From: a virus
Taxonomy: Duplodnaviria > Caudoviricetes
Direction: 5' to 3' (one strand)
Length of the DNA: 64,000 nucleotides
Virus record (IMG/VR): IMGVR_UViG_3300029928_000001
Span: 96,001 to 160,000 of that record
Shown here: positions 1 through 14,561 of the stretch, piece after piece
How the letters are laid out: every line of letters begins with the position of its first letter
Numbering within the stretch: the first letter of the stretch is position 1
Notes under the pieces: model-generated
The model's database searches: none
What the model was told of the DNA's origin: nothing
Seen by the model: only the letters and a program-made list of their open reading frames with translations
Made by a program: the position numbers and the translations under genes

Positions 1-1490
1 TTTAAATAGGACTTTCCTTCACTATCAGTATTCCAACCATTAGTATGCCAATTAAAATTATTTAAGATACAATCTTCAGTTTTGTTATTATAAGTGTATT
101 GCCATTTTTGACGAGATAAAAGACTTTCATTATTAGTACGACCATTAGCATTTAAATTGATAATCATTTGGTCTTTTTGGACATAATCCATATCTCTAGC
201 ACTCGGAGTTACTGTAATAACAAAACTTTCAGTTACACCTTTACAAGAAATACCATAATAATTATCACCAACAATTGAATCTGCAATTACCCAAGTAAAT
301 GGAGTTGATTCACTATATTGAACTTCATCCAAAGTAGTTATGACTAATCCATCATGTAATTGATCAATAGTCATTGTACCAGAAGAGCCAATAACAGGAT
401 CATAAACCATATACTAAACAATAATATCTTCATATTGCTCAATTGTAGTTGGTTTATTCATAAACCAAATAATTGGTGAGTTATTACCTTCAGCCGCATA
501 AGCAATTTCATAATTTAAATGATTAGATTCAATAGTTTTTCCATTTACAGTTGCTGTTAAATAAGCGTCTAAAGAATGAACGCCATGTGTCTGTAAATCT
601 GTACTATATATACTTGCTACAGCTGTATTATTAGAAAAACTACTTCCATACTCTTGAGTCTTTATTTCAAATCCATCAATTAAAATATGTAATATTTTTT
701 GAATTGCACCGACTGGCTTACAACTAAAATTAATTGGCTTATTAGCAGTACAAACTTTTTCTGGATTAAATCCTCCGTCATCGAGTCTTAATTCTACAAT
801 TTGCTATCCACCATAACGTACCATATCAGAACCACTATTGAGAGACTCTAATTTAATGTCAATTCTTGTACTACCGACCTAAAAATGAGATCCTAAGTCT
901 ACAATTAACTCATAATTATTAGGTACGGTTTTTTTATATTCATAATATGGTTTTACATCTACAGATGTTTCAGCATCATCAATTAAAGAAACTGTTACAG
1001 TAACAGTTGTGTCATTTTCAGCATAAGGAATAATAGTTAAGCTATAATGTTCGCCATAAACATATAAATTCTTTAACTAAGTTAGTATTTTATTTACAAA
1101 TCCAACTTTCGGCATTGCTGGCTAATCGCCTCCGCCCGTGCTGCTTCCGCTGATAGCAAGACGTTGGCAAAATACATATGTAGTCCCTAAAGAAATGACT
1201 TTATAGAAAGCGCCGTCAGGAACATTAATAATCAAATCATCTGCTTTTACTTTTTCACTTAAACCATTTCTAGTTAAAGTGTATTGTAAATCAGTAACTT
1301 TAACTGGGGCAGGATCATTACCATATAAAACAGCTACACCACTACCACCTATCAAAATTCTTTCTTGATTACTAATATCAAGATACATTTGTCCAGTATC
1401 AGTTGCGATTAAAAATTGCCCTGCTTCAATTGCAGTATTTTTAATGTTTTCGTTTAACCCTTTTACAGGCTAAAAACGTTGTTCTGACAT
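1..1490 (-). CDS. Large tail/structural protein, 5' part only (runs off the window); TAG read as sense
   Basis: ATG at 1490 after AAAGGAG; first TAG at codon 7; in frame with track ORF 1122..1388 and continues through its TAG. Confidence 0.7.
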
Positions 1491-1534
1491 ATTTTCTTTC
1501 TCCTTTCTTTCCTTTTTTAATATATAATAAAAAA

Positions 1535-1561
1535 TAGGGGAAGAGAGACTCTTCCCCTATT
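1535..1561 (-). terminator. Intrinsic terminator
   Basis: AATAGGGGAAGAG/CTCTTCCCCTATT inverted repeat followed by a T-run on the minus strand. Confidence 0.75.
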
Positions 1562-1625
1562 AAAACTATCTCTCTAAGAGATATAAAAAGTTTTTAAATG
1601 CTATTTATAACTTTTGTCCTTAAAA

Positions 1626-3293
1626 TTAAAAACTACCCCATACCATATTCATAGTAAGAGAAGCTCCATCTGCATTAAGCGTAATCGTATCTGATTTAAA
1701 GTTAAAGACAGCATCAACACCTATATTGTTGCTATCTGTTACAGTTGTTGTTACTTGGATATCTTTACCAGCAGTCTTTGCTTCTGCCGTTTGAGTTGCA
1801 CCGGTAAGAGTTGGAATACTATTAACGATTTCTTCTTCACCAGTTACAATTTTTGTAACATGACCATTATCTACTTCAAGAGATTTAACAACTGTAATTG
1901 TCTTAGTCTTTTGATAATCAGTTACTGCTCCATAAGCGGAACTATCCTCAGCGGCAGGAGTTTCTGTCGCTATATCAGCATGCGCTACAGTTACGACTCT
2001 ATCTCCATCTTCGGCAGTGTCATCAGTTAAAGTAACTTGTTTCCCTTCAGCTAATTTAATTCCACCAAGAATAGTTGGAGTGAGTGCTCCATCAGTAAGT
2101 TCAATACCATGAGTTACTTTTGTAACTTTAGTTTCATATTCATTACCAGAAGGAACAATCTCAAAACTAAAGCCAGTTTTAAGTAAACCAGTTGCTTCAT
2201 CTTCAGTACCTTGCGCAATTAATAAATCACCAACTTTAACTGTCTCACCATTATAAGTGAAATTACTCTTAGCCTTGTAAGTATCACCGTTTCTAGCTTC
2301 AGTTATTGCATCTGGACTTGCTACTGTACCACCAGTGCCAATAGTACCCTTAAATACCATTGCATCAGCAACTTTTAAAGCTTTATCAATTTCATCAGTA
2401 ATTTTTTTATCAGTTTGCGTAATCGTATAAACATCAAGAGCCGCCGCACCTTTTTGGAAATGCACATCTTTAGTATTTCCTTCAGCGCCAATTGTTACAA
2501 TAGGATCAAGGACAGAACTTGTCACATCAGTACCAGAAGTTTGCTTAGTCGTAAAAGTAAAACCAGTATCTCCATTTGCAAAAGTATGTTCTGTAACTTC
2601 TTGAACTGAAGCATCAATAGTAATACTTTTTTCTCCAGCGGTAACTGCTGCAATATTTGCACCACCAATTAAAGTAATTTCTTCATCGCTAGTGGTTGTA
2701 GTTCCATCTGCCGCTGTAACAATACTATGTTGTTTAATAGTTGCAGCTTTTTTATTATCTTTAACTTGCTCTGTTAATAAAGTTAAAGTGACCCCGCCAG
2801 TACCAGAAGAAGAAATAGTAATTTCTTTTTCATTAACTGTTAAAGTAATACCCGCGCCTTCTACTAAAGCAAAAGAATCAGCTTTAGTTGCCCCATCAGT
2901 GTCAGATGCAGTACTAGTGTCAGATACAGTACTAGTAATAGTTACTTTTTTATCTGTTTTGTCACTCACAGAGGTGGAAAAATCTTTTAATTTTGTATCT
3001 GCATTAATTTGAATAAAATTTCCTTTACTCCATACGCAAAGAACATTTTCTGCGGTTGCAAAATAAAATTGACCTGGCTCTGCGGCAGCTGGTAAAGTTG
3101 CAACATTAGCTACTGTAATTACGCCCTGATTTACTGGAACCGGACCAGCAACTGTACCAATGTATAATCTGTTAGTATCACTTGTTAAATAAAATGCACC
3201 TTCAATAGTACCAGCAGGAGTAGCAATTAAGTTATTAACGCCGGCTTGAGTACCAGATAAAAACTATAAATTTTTACCATTTAAATTTGCCAT
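1626..3293 (-). CDS. Thr/Gly-rich virion fibre/structural protein, 555 aa
   Basis: ATG 3293 with AAAGGAG; single TAG at codon 10; in frame with track ORF 1626..2969; ends TAA. Confidence 0.75.
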
Positions 3294-3313
3294 TATTTAT
3301 GACTCCTTTCATA

Positions 3314-4132
3314 TTATTCGTCTGTAATTGTCATCCATTTTAATCTACCATCAATTTCGGTAATTTTTTCAACTAAAGTATTATTCTCTCCACCATAACT
3401 GCTTAAATCACCAATTTTTTCTTGGACGATAGTATTAAAATTATTTGTAACTAAAGTACCAACTTCTGCTTTAGTTACATAATCGCTTAAATCAGTTTTC
3501 CAATCACCGACTTTTTCTAATGCCCCATTGACTACAATATACTCATCATAAGTATTTTCACCATTCGGCACAAGATAAATATATTGTTCTGCATCTGCTG
3601 CTGTAAGGTCAATTGCCTCTACAGAATCAACAATTTTACGAGATAAGGACTGATTTAATTTACTATTAATTTCATCTTTAGTATAAACATTTAAAACTTC
3701 AACGGCTTGAACTGGAGTCATCCAACCCAAATTGCCGTCTTCTTGTTTATAAGGTAAAGTACCTATTTCCGCAGTTTCAAAATTTTTTAAGCTAAGAGTC
3801 CCAACTTTTGCTTTTTCAATAGATTTATCATCTACGGAAATAATATCACTAATAGAGCCGTTTTTCCATGTTTTCGATTGTTCATCGTAAATTAAGATTT
3901 GTTTATCACCTATTTCAGTAATAACAATATCCTATAAATTTCCTAAAGAACTACCAGCGGCTCCACCTGTGCCACCAATTAATCGAGACCCTAAATATAA
4001 AGACCCAGAACTGGAATCGGCACTATCATAAATAAAATATAAAGTATCATCAGACTTTTGTGCCAAATTAGCAAATGCCGTCTTCGATCCTCTGACAAAC
4101 TTTACATAATCATTAGTTGGTTTTAAAGCCAT
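3314..4132 (-). CDS. Putative head/tail fibre-like protein, 272 aa
   Basis: Track ORFs 3932..4132 and 3314..3730 are in the same frame and joined through the TAG at 3932; contains YIYLVP...YDEYIVV..ALEKVG. Confidence 0.7.
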
Positions 4133-4181
4133 CCTTTACTCCTCTCTTTCAATGTTTATGAAGATTATTTTTTTATATTTA

Positions 4182-4213
4182 AAAAGACTTGACCAAAATG
4201 GTCAAGTCTTTTA
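4182..4213. terminator. Intrinsic terminator, possibly bidirectional
   Basis: AAAAGACTTGACC-aaaat-GGTCAAGTCTTTT. Confidence 0.7.
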
Positions 4214-4217
4214 TTCA

Positions 4218-7200
4218 TTAAGCATTTTCTAAAGCATCTAACCTTGCTTCTATTTCAGATATTTTATTAGCTATATCCAATGTTTCTAAATTACTAATAC
4301 GCTCATCTAAACCAGTAGTAACTGTACTAATATTTACATCTTCTAAATCTTTTATTCGTTGACTTAAAGCACTATCCGCATTTTCACTAGCAGTTTTATT
4401 TTCAGCAACCGTATTAGTAAGAGTTGTTAAATCAGAACTGCCAGATGTTTTATTGTCATTTACTACTTTTGTTAAAATATCTATATTGTCTTGAAGTGTT
4501 TTATCAGCATTAGCTCGTACTGAAGCTTCTTCTTTTAAAGAACCAGGAGTCTCAGCCGTACCCATTAAAATACTTAACTTATATGCATTTTTACCAATAG
4601 CAGTAGCTAAAGTGTCACTCGCTTGAATTTCTCCTGACTAATTTCCACTATAACTAGATAACACGATATCGCCTAAATTAGTTTTAGTAAAACTAAAAGC
4701 TCCTGTGGTATCTTCTAAATTTACTGCAGTAATAACATTACCATTATCAGTCATTGAAGATGACACTTTCGGCAAAGTAATTTCATACTCTTCTAAAGTA
4801 TTTACATGCCCTTTCCCATCAATACTTACTTTTGGAATAACAAATTTATTGCCAAAATTAGGAGAGCTATTTTGCAACAAACCTTTTGTATTTACAGCAG
4901 TTTGCGCATTTTCATGCTCGATCAATAATTCATTATTATTAATTTTTGTATTTAACCAATTATCAGTAGTTTTTATACTAAAACTGTCATGAGTATTTTG
5001 AGCTTTATAAGAACCACTATCAGCATTTAATTCTTGAATACCATAAGGTAACGTAATAGTAGTTAATTCTTTGTTCGTAATATGACCCGCTGCATCTGAT
5101 AATGATTGACTAATTTCAATAGTATCACTTTTATTAGTGTTTAAATTTATTTGAGCAGTAACATCATCAATTTTATTTTTTTTGTTGTGTGTAATATATA
5201 CTTTTGGATTTGAAACATCTGGGTCAATATGAGTTGTAATCCATTCATCAGTAATAGAAGGCGCTGAATGCATTCTTCCATAGCTATCAGTTACCATAAA
5301 ATGACCACAATCTAAAATTTCAATTTTAGCAATAATATCATTTAAAGTATTTAACGTACCTTGTACAGTAGAAGTATTTCTAGTTGTTTCATTTCCATAT
5401 TCTAAGAAATTATTAATTTCCAATAGTAAACCATGAATGGTATTAAGTGTGCGCGCAAACCCTACTAAAGGTTTCATAGTATAACTATTGTCATTTTTGA
5501 CTCCTAAAGTAATATTATGGGTTACTGGTATTTGAGTATTCCAATGCGAGTATAGTGGTAAAATACCTTTTGTATCTTCATAAACAAAGAAATAATCATT
5601 GCCTAAATAGTATTGCCGGTTTGGTGTAGCTACGGCATTATTATCAATATAATAACGATTATTAAGACGATAGTAGTATTTTCCTGACTCATATAAATAT
5701 ACATCAGTTAAATCAATAATCTATGATTTTATTGCTTCTTTTGGTATAGTATAATATTTTCGGCCCGCAACAAAAGCTCCATTACCATCAAAATACCAAG
5801 ACTTTCCAATTTCATCTTTATAATAATACAAATCACTTTGATAAAAACCAATGTTAGAATATTGTTTAAAAGATAAAGTATAAAAATATTCTGGCTCTGA
5901 AGCGTCATATTCTGGTAATTCACTATTTAATTTAACTTTAATATAATTATCATCAATTAATTTATAATAATTTACTGCACTTATAGACTTATCCAAAGGA
6001 ACTGTTGGAGTTAAAATATATAATTCATTAACACTTTGGAATTTTGCGTCAGATGGATTATAAGTATAAAAAACTGGTTTTTTTGTTTCATTTTCATAAA
6101 TAATATCCTGCTCATCCCCAACAAATTGAATAAAAGTATTAGGTGTTTCATATATATATTTATAACTTGGCTCAACTGTGCCCAATGTTAAATCAACAAG
6201 TTTATTCGTAAGCACATCATAATATTTAGTCGATGTCTCTTTCCAAACTTCAAGAACGCCGCTATCATCATTATAAGTATAAAGATAAATTTCTCGCATT
6301 TCACCATCGATTAAACGAGTTATCTATTCTTTCTTTTTTCGTCTATAAGCCAACAACGCATTTTTATCACGATTTGCAATATCTGCACCATTCATAGCTT
6401 GACTAGCTCTATAGTAAGTTAAAGTTGGATCTAATCCACGTAAATCTAATTTATAAACAATTTTATCCTTTTCATCATTAACGGCAGAATAAAATCGTCC
6501 TCCTTCATAAATATATCTAGCATCATGACGCACAGGAGAACCATCTATTATATATTCAAAAGCTTGAGTTGGTCCATCAAGTTTCTTATCAAGATAGTAA
6601 TTTTCATCTTCTAAATAATAATATTTATTAGGTTCATATGTTGAATCTAAAGTAACAACAGAAACTTTAGTTTCATCAATGGTAAAATATTGTTTGTCCC
6701 TATAGAAAGTTTTATCATAAATAAAATCTCCATTAGAATTTCTCCAATAATATTTTTTACCATCCATTATACTTTCAAAAGTAGAAATAGGAATTTCTCT
6801 TATTCCACCATTTACTTTACGAATATAATAAGTTTCTTGTGCATCATAAGTTCCGGTGGCCTCTTCATATAAATCATTCTTTTTTATATAATAAGTAAAA
6901 TTATTATATGACTGTTCTGTTACCTCGGTCGCTTCTTCGTATATATAGCCATCTGTTTCAGAGCCAGTTTTATCATTGTTTAATGGTTTTAAATCATCTG
7001 AAGGAGCTTTTCGATAAAATTTATCTCCTAAATAATAAATTGCATCATTATTGGCAGAGTTTTCCGCGAATTCTTTAAAATTAAAGTCTTCTGGAATATC
7101 CTTTTTTTCCTAAATAATCATGCCCATTAAATCATGTACTGAATTAATTGCGCCCGCAAGTGTTTCAACGTCAGTCTTATGATATGTATAAGTTTCTTCT

Positions 7201-8561
7201 CCATCACTTTGAATTAATTGAAGCCGTCTGCCTGAGCCGTATACTGGACTATCTTTCCAAGAGATATCAGTTAAACGCTCAGAAACCTTATCTGTTCCTC
7301 CAGAACCGGTACCATATACTACATCCCACATTTGGCTAATAGCATTACCAATACCAGGCAATACCATAGAAATTTCTTGAGTATCAACTGCATGCTACGT
7401 TTTCCCCGGGATATGAGAATTATACTAAGTATCTGCCCATTGTCCTTTATCATCAGGAGATTGACTATAGCCAGTAGTATCAATCGTAAATTTATCTTTC
7501 AAAGAAGAAATATACCTTGCTTTTGGATTAAAACCTGCCTTATTATAATATATAGCCGCTGGTAAACGTCCATTCTCGCCAATTTCATCAAGTGTAGCAA
7601 ATTGCCGCCATGTACCTGCAGTAGTATAATAATACATTGTAATTTTATCGGTTTCTTTATTATAAACTTTTCTAATCCAAGTCGTTGTTTCATCAGATAA
7701 AATTTTGTCCGTATTCGGTTCTTGGATTGCAGAACCGTCAGAATGTTCTGCCCCAGCATGCTAAATGCGCATCCCCCAAGGAGACTACCAATGCAAATTA
7801 TAATATACATCTGTACTTGCGGCATCAAAATGAGGCGCGATAGGCATTTGCGTAGGCGCATCTACCGATATATCAAAAGTCGGCACTACAGTATTTAACT
7901 CGGCTACCATAACATATTTATCTTGCCCATTTATCAAAGTTTTTTGCCATACTGTAGAATCCCATCCATGTCCAGTTAATTCAAATCCTTTTTCTTTGGC
8001 ATATTGTATATCAATATTATAATTATTTGCGTAATTATTCTATGAAGTAATACTAGAATTAGTTACCTTATCAAAAATTGCATATTTTTTACCTTCTGAA
8101 AAATAGTTTTTTATACTAGGATCAGTTAAAGTTTGTGATTTTCCATTGACATACATGGTAGTAACACCATTCTCATCAATTTCAAAATAACCTACACAAG
8201 TATAATATATATTTTTTGTTCCTTCAATTATATATACTATAGTACCAAGAGTTGTAGTCATTAAAATTCCACCTGGGGTTATAAACTCTTCATCACTATA
8301 AAGAATTTTCCCTATGTCGCTAAAGTCTGCACTATAATATAAAATATAATGACCATTAACTAAATTTAATTTTTTATTAAAATATGCTTTCTTGTAATCT
8401 AAACTAGAAGCTTCAGTATCATATTCAATTAAAATATAACGTCCCACATAAATGCCATCAGTGCTAGCATTTTCATCCATTTGCTTTCTATTGGCATATA
8501 TTCTATCAAAAACAAAGGAACTATTTTTTTCAATATCTTTTATATTACCATAAAAACCCAT
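4218..8561 (-). CDS. Large tail fibre/baseplate protein, 1447 aa, with Tyr-rich repeats and a C-terminal coiled coil
   Basis: Seven track ORFs (ending 8040, 7425, 7110, 6324, 5721, 4638, 4218) share one frame; all but the last end in TAG; final stop TAA. Confidence 0.75.
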
Positions 8562-8563
8562 TA

Positions 8564-8914
8564 TTATTCCTCCTCTGTCTCATAGATAGCATCTACAATT
8601 AAATAAGCACCATTTGTATTTAAAATTTTATTAATTGAATCTTGATCAAAACTTAAAGCGGTGATATCAGTCAAACCACTCAAATCTAATTCATAAATTC
8701 CAGTACCTCCAATAAAAATTGGTTCAATACCTTCATTTAAATAAAATTTTACTCCAGGAATAGTCTAAATACCTAATTGTACAATTGATTGTGATTCGCC
8801 GCCATCTTTAAAAAATACCTAGCCATTAGAAAGAGTACTCAATGAAATATTACTTGGCTAATTGTCTTTATTATCAGGTCCATAATACCTGAATTGACTT
8901 ACTTTTTTTGCCAT
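8564..8914 (-). CDS. Hypothetical tail protein, 116 aa (3 TAG codons; absent from the ORF track)
   Basis: GGAGGT RBS, ATG 8914, MAKKVSQFRYYG...ETEEE, TAA. Confidence 0.7.
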
Positions 8915-8927
8915 TATTGTACCTCCC

Positions 8928-11315
8928 TTAAATAATTCTTTGCGGCGCCATTTCGGCATCTATACTCATTGTACCATTATAAGATAATGGTATAGAAATT
9001 CTTGAAACTAAATATTCTCCATTGATTTTGCTTTCCTAATCATATACATATATTCTATTATTTGGCTCTAAGTAATAAACAGGTATAGCAGAAATATTGA
9101 TAGATTCTTGCCCATATGTGTATTCATATAAAAAAGAATCAATAACATCTTTTGCACTTTTTCCTTGCGCACTAATAGAAAACATATTTTTTACATGATT
9201 AGGCAAAATTACATAAGTATATCCAGTTTTATATTCTTCAGTATATTTATTATATTCTTCCAAATTATCAAAAAAAATTACATTTGGAGTTGTCCTATAA
9301 TAAATAGAATTCACATCTTGATCATTAACTGCTTTTGGCCTATCTCCTATTGCTTTAATTGAATATTTACCAAGTTCACCATCAGTACTTAAAAAATCAA
9401 ACCAAAAATTTAATAATTCTGGATTATATAATAGATTACGATTCCAATAATATAAGTTCGGATCATCAGTAAAATTTTCTTTAGGCTATTTTTCGTTTTC
9501 CCTTTGGGCAATCGGCAAAAAGAAATTACAAGACATACTATCCCATTCTTTAATAGAAGGCTACCAAGTTAATACTTTTGTAAAAGCACCTTCTATATTA
9601 TCACTGTCTATTGGTTGTTCAGTTGTTTCATAAACCCCACCTTTATATGTATATGTAGCTTGCGCATTTGGGTTATAAAGTTGCCGCCAAAATCCTTGCA
9701 TATCAATATAATATTGTTCATAACCAGTTTTTCCTTCTAAGTATGGACAATATATACTTCCATCATCTAATTTAATAGTATTATTTTCTTGAATAGTAAT
9801 TAAAAAATCATCTTCTTGATTATGTTTATAAAAATCTAAACACATTTGATAAATTAATTCTCGCCAATCTCTAATAATAATATTATATTTTTTTAAAGCA
9901 GATGGAATGATTACCTCTTTTGCTACATAAGCGGTTTTATCATAAGCTATATACCACTCTGGTTTATCATCAATGGCAATCCGCGAATGTAAAGCCACTG
10001 TATTATTATTTCCTATTTCTCGTTCGCCAAAAACAGAAAAATCATTTTTAATATTATTTAATTGTGGATTATGATTAATTGATGAGATTAACTTATTGCG
10101 TTCAAAATTATAAATAACTTTTGAAGCCATGGCGGCATTTTCCGCATAAACATCATCCTAAGTATCAATTAGACTATCCCAAGAAGTATTTAAATAAGTT
10201 CCTTTTCGTTCAAAAACAAACTATCCATCAATATTATAATAATATTGAAAATCTCCAAGCATATTTATAATTTTATCTAATACTGCATTTGTTATTGTAT
10301 CTCCGACTTGACCCATTAATTCTCCAGCATAAGTTAATTCTGTCATACGATAACCGGCCGTTTGCCCATACTCACACTTAGCAATATAATATTGTTTATC
10401 CCCAATAAGAACTGGTTCTAATTTTTCATTAAATCCATCAACTAAATTATAAATATGAGTTACATCTAAATCTTTTAACTTAACATTTGTGCCATCAAAA
10501 TACTAACAAAGCATTTCACCATTAAGAGTAATATTAGAACATGTATCTTTATTTTCAAATATAAAAAACATTGGATTTTCTACTCTATATTCCAATAATT
10601 CCAAACCAGTATCATCTACATCATTAATAATAATATTATAATAAGGCTCATTGGCATAAGTATGAATTGCTTCTCGAATAATTGTTTTAATAGGTACGGG
10701 AGTTAATGTACGCTCAATACTCTAAGTATAGTAAGATACTCCATCTTTAAATTCTTCAAAAGAAATAGTATATTCATCATTTTGTTTAATATAATACATA
10801 TTAGCTCTATATTCGCTTTTATCTTTAAAAGTAACTAATTCATATTTAGTATTTACTTCTTCAATATTAGCAAAATCAGTTGGCGCACTAATATTACCTC
10901 CAAGAGTTCCATTCAACATACACATTTTATCTTGTCCAGAAATATTAATATTAAAACCACCAGTAGAATAAGAAGTAGAAAAAGCAGTAATTAAATACGT
11001 CCCTTGCGGGAACCATATAATTTCCTCATCGGTAATTTCACTTTTTAGCCCAATTTCTAATTTGAACTTAGTTTTTAATCCCCAATAATAATCAGTAAGG
11101 TTAATATCTTTTGCCACTATATTTAAAGAAGAACAAGTCCGTCGAATCGCGGAGGAACCATCAATATTAATAGTCCCTCCAGTTATTCTACCTTCAATTG
11201 TTTCTATTGGTTCTTCGTCATAGGTTAATGCAATAATACGAGCATAAACTATTTTATTGCGCGATTCATCTAACTATTTTAAAAAATCTAAATCTAACAA
11301 AGGATTTTTAATCAT
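8928..11315 (-). CDS. Tail hub/baseplate-type protein, 795 aa
   Basis: ATG 11315 after GAGGAGG; track ORFs ending 10722, 9561 and 9036 are in frame; lies downstream of the tape measure gene. Confidence 0.7.
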
Positions 11316-11316
11316 A

Positions 11317-14001
11317 TTATAAATCCTCCTCAGTTTTTAAATTGGTCAATAAAATTATATAATCTTTATACAAATCATAATATACTTGTTTTTCTTCTTC
11401 AGTCAAAGATGTTATTTTATTTTTTTCTTGTAAAGATTTTTTCATTTTATCTAATTGCTATTTCAATCTTTTTAATTCTGCGCTTTGATTTTCAATTGAA
11501 TAATTAGTAATTCTAGTGCTATATCCACATTCTAAAACTGTCCCAACCGTTAATTCTATAGAATTGAAAAGAATTGGACCTGCAACAGAGTATTCTTGAA
11601 TATCTCTTAAATCTATCGGCGATTTATCTATATAAACCTAAGTATCATAAATACCAAAACGTTCTACTAAAGCTGTATCCTATGAATATTGTAATAATAA
11701 ATTATAATCATCTTCATTTAAGAAAAATTTCTCAGGCTACTTTAGATCATAATAAATTGTATCTATTAATCCCTCTTCATCATTTAATAAATTTGGAACC
11801 TTAGCTTTATATATCGGATAAATATTATCACACTCAGGTGGAAAGATATAATTAAAAGAATCATCAATTTTTTCGACTTCTACTTCCACTTCAACAATAT
11901 CTCTTTTTAAAAAATGTAAATAATAAAAAGATGTAAGTGTTGTTTTTATATCATTTAAATTTGGAATAATATTTTCTGCTTCTCCAATATATTGTCGTAC
12001 TGGAATATCTTCAAAATCAACTGAAGTAATAGTATTAAATGTATTAGTAGAAGCTTCATAATAACTATAAGTTATCATTGGAGAGTTCAACGTTTGTTGT
12101 TTATATCTCTCTTTGGTTTCTTCGTCCAATTTAACACTAAAAATTTTTGAGCCAGTATCAATTTGATAAATTCCAGTAGCACCAATGATAATTGTTTGAC
12201 TCGCACTACTCATTCCTTCTGCTTTAATAATTAATTTATCACCTGGGCGAAAACCTTCTAATTTAATCGTAACCGCATAATCATTAGTAATAAAATCTTT
12301 ATCTAAAAAATCTTTTATCATTTCAGATTTAAAACGTAATATTTTTAATTCTGGAGAACTTGTCTACGTAATTCCATAAGAATTAAGATTATTGTAGGTA
12401 TAATCATCTATTTCATAAGCTGTACAACTAAAATTATGCAGCATACGCCCTAGAGTATCTTCTGGAGATAATGAAACATTCATTAATCGAACAATATAAT
12501 TACCTTCCCCAGGTGAACGAAATAATTTAGGCTCTCCATTATTCAACCATTCCAATACTTTTAATTTAAAAGTCCGCTCAGCAGAAAAATTAAAACCTGT
12601 CAGTTGAGTAGTACGAAAACGACTAGTTTCAAGTAATTTTTGATTTTCCGCCGCAGTTATATAATTTCCTTTTATCTAAAAACCATTTTTCTTATTTTTA
12701 AAATAAGCGTCATCAGGCTCAAAATCAGGGATTACTGTACCTAAACGAGTCAAACGACTCACTTTAGAATTTAATCCTATTTCTGTATCAGTCATAAACA
12801 AATGCTCTTCGTCTGATAAATAAGAAATTAAACCATTCAAATTAAATTCTTTATATTCTACGTTACCGTTCCGAGTAAAGAAAGCATATTTACTACCTAT
12901 TGTATCAGTTTTACTCTCTAATACATCAATTTTAAAATTAGAAACTTGTGGATTATAAGAAATTTTTAACTATTTATTACCGTCATATAAGAACATATCT
13001 TCAAAATCAGCAAAAATTTTATTAGACTATATTCTATTAGAATATAAATCAAAATCATTATATTGTTGTAATGAATAAATATATTCTTTTCCTTGTTCAA
13101 CAGTGAAATCTTTATGTTTCCAAGCGGAAGGCTGAATACCCTTACTCTTAAATCTAAGAATTTCCTCCCATTCTTTAAAATTACTATTTTCACAAGCGCG
13201 TGAGATTAGAAAAGCTCCCGACATTAATTTCTCTTCGCCTGTAGCTTCGTCTTCCTCTCCCTCCATAGTTAAAACAACATATCCATTATCTTTATTCACC
13301 TCTGCAAACAATGCTACTTGACTTTCTGGTTCAATAGATTGCTGTTGACTAATTCGATATATAGGACTAGCTACTTCTAAATTATTATTTGTAATAATTT
13401 TATACTACAAATAATAGGTATATCCTTTATCCAATTCAAACGGTATTAAAAATTCATCATGAGAAGTATGATTAGTATCATCATTAGAATTATTGTGAAT
13501 TTGCCATCCTGTATCTTTTAAAGTTTTATTTTCATCATTACTAAATATAAAACGATATTTATATTCTTTTTCAGTAATATCCTAATTATACTAACTATAA
13601 GTGCCAATATAATTATAAGATGAAGTATTTAAACGTCCGGATTTTAAATTATCTATACTTACTATGGGTTTCGTAGTATATTTAATTATACCTACTGTAG
13701 AATAATAACCTATTGTTCCATAAGTATCTATATATGCAATCTAAACTTTATAATGTTGTCCTACTTTTAATTTATTAACATAATCAGAAATATCAAATTT
13801 AACATAATATTCTGCATTAGTGTCTGATTCTAAAACTTTAGAGGTAGTAAATAAATATTTAGTATTCTAAATAGTTTTAATTTTTAAAGAAAAACCCTAT
13901 ACCTCTCCAGAGCCTACGCTCTTATTCATGGAAAAAGGGACAGTAAGACTGTCCCCATAAAATGATGGTATAGTTCCTTCAATATATGGAGGGTATAACA
14001 T
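11317..14001 (-). CDS. Tail/baseplate protein, 894 aa
   Basis: ATG 14001; track ORFs ending 13027, 12364 and 11737 are in frame and joined through TAG; TAA at 11317. Confidence 0.7.
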
Positions 14002-14002
14002 T

Positions 14003-14155
14003 TTATTCCTCCTATTCTTCTTCAATCGAAGTCGCGCAAAGAGTGTTTAAAGCTTTTAAACATTCACTCATAAGAATTGTATCTGCTCCTTTAGTCGAGA
14101 TCTCCATTAAAGTATTTTTAATTTGTTGGACATAAGTTTGCTCTTGTTTTGTCAT
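14003..14155 (-). CDS. Small hypothetical protein, 50 aa
   Basis: MTKQEQTYVQQIKN...EEE(TAG)EE then TAA; its TAG-GAG-G supplies the RBS of the next gene. Confidence 0.55.
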
Positions 14156-14162
14156 ACTCCAC

Positions 14163-14534
14163 TCACTCCTTTATCATAAACATTAACGCATCCATTTGTT
14201 GCATTGTTAATGGCATATTTCCTAAGTCTTCTAAATCACATTGATAAAAATTAACTTCTTGTTGAATCGCAAATAATTTATTTAACTCATCAACTACATA
14301 TTGCATTTTATCAGGATCAATAATATATTGGTTAGTTTCTTCATTTAAAGTACCGTTAGAAGAAATAAGATTAATTCTTGTGTCTTCTACCTCTTGGATT
14401 AATGGTCTTAAAAGATTTATATTTTTTTGTATATAAAAATTAACTCTTACTGGAAAAATTAAATCTATTTTAGACAAAATTTGTTCATTTAAATTTTTTA
14501 AAATTGTATATAATTCTTCATTTGTATATAACAT
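14163..14534 (-). CDS. Hypothetical protein, 123 aa (possible tail fibre chaperone)
   Basis: Intact ORF with AAAGGAG RBS. Confidence 0.7.
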   Translation of the reverse strand: MLYTNEELYTILKNLNEQILSKIDLIFPVRVNFYIQKNINLLRPLIQEVEDTRINLISSNGTLNEETNQYIIDPDKMQYVVDELNKLFAIQQEVNFYQCDLEDLGNMPLTMQQMDALMFMIKE

Positions 14535-14561
14535 ATTAAAAACTCCTTTATCTCATATATA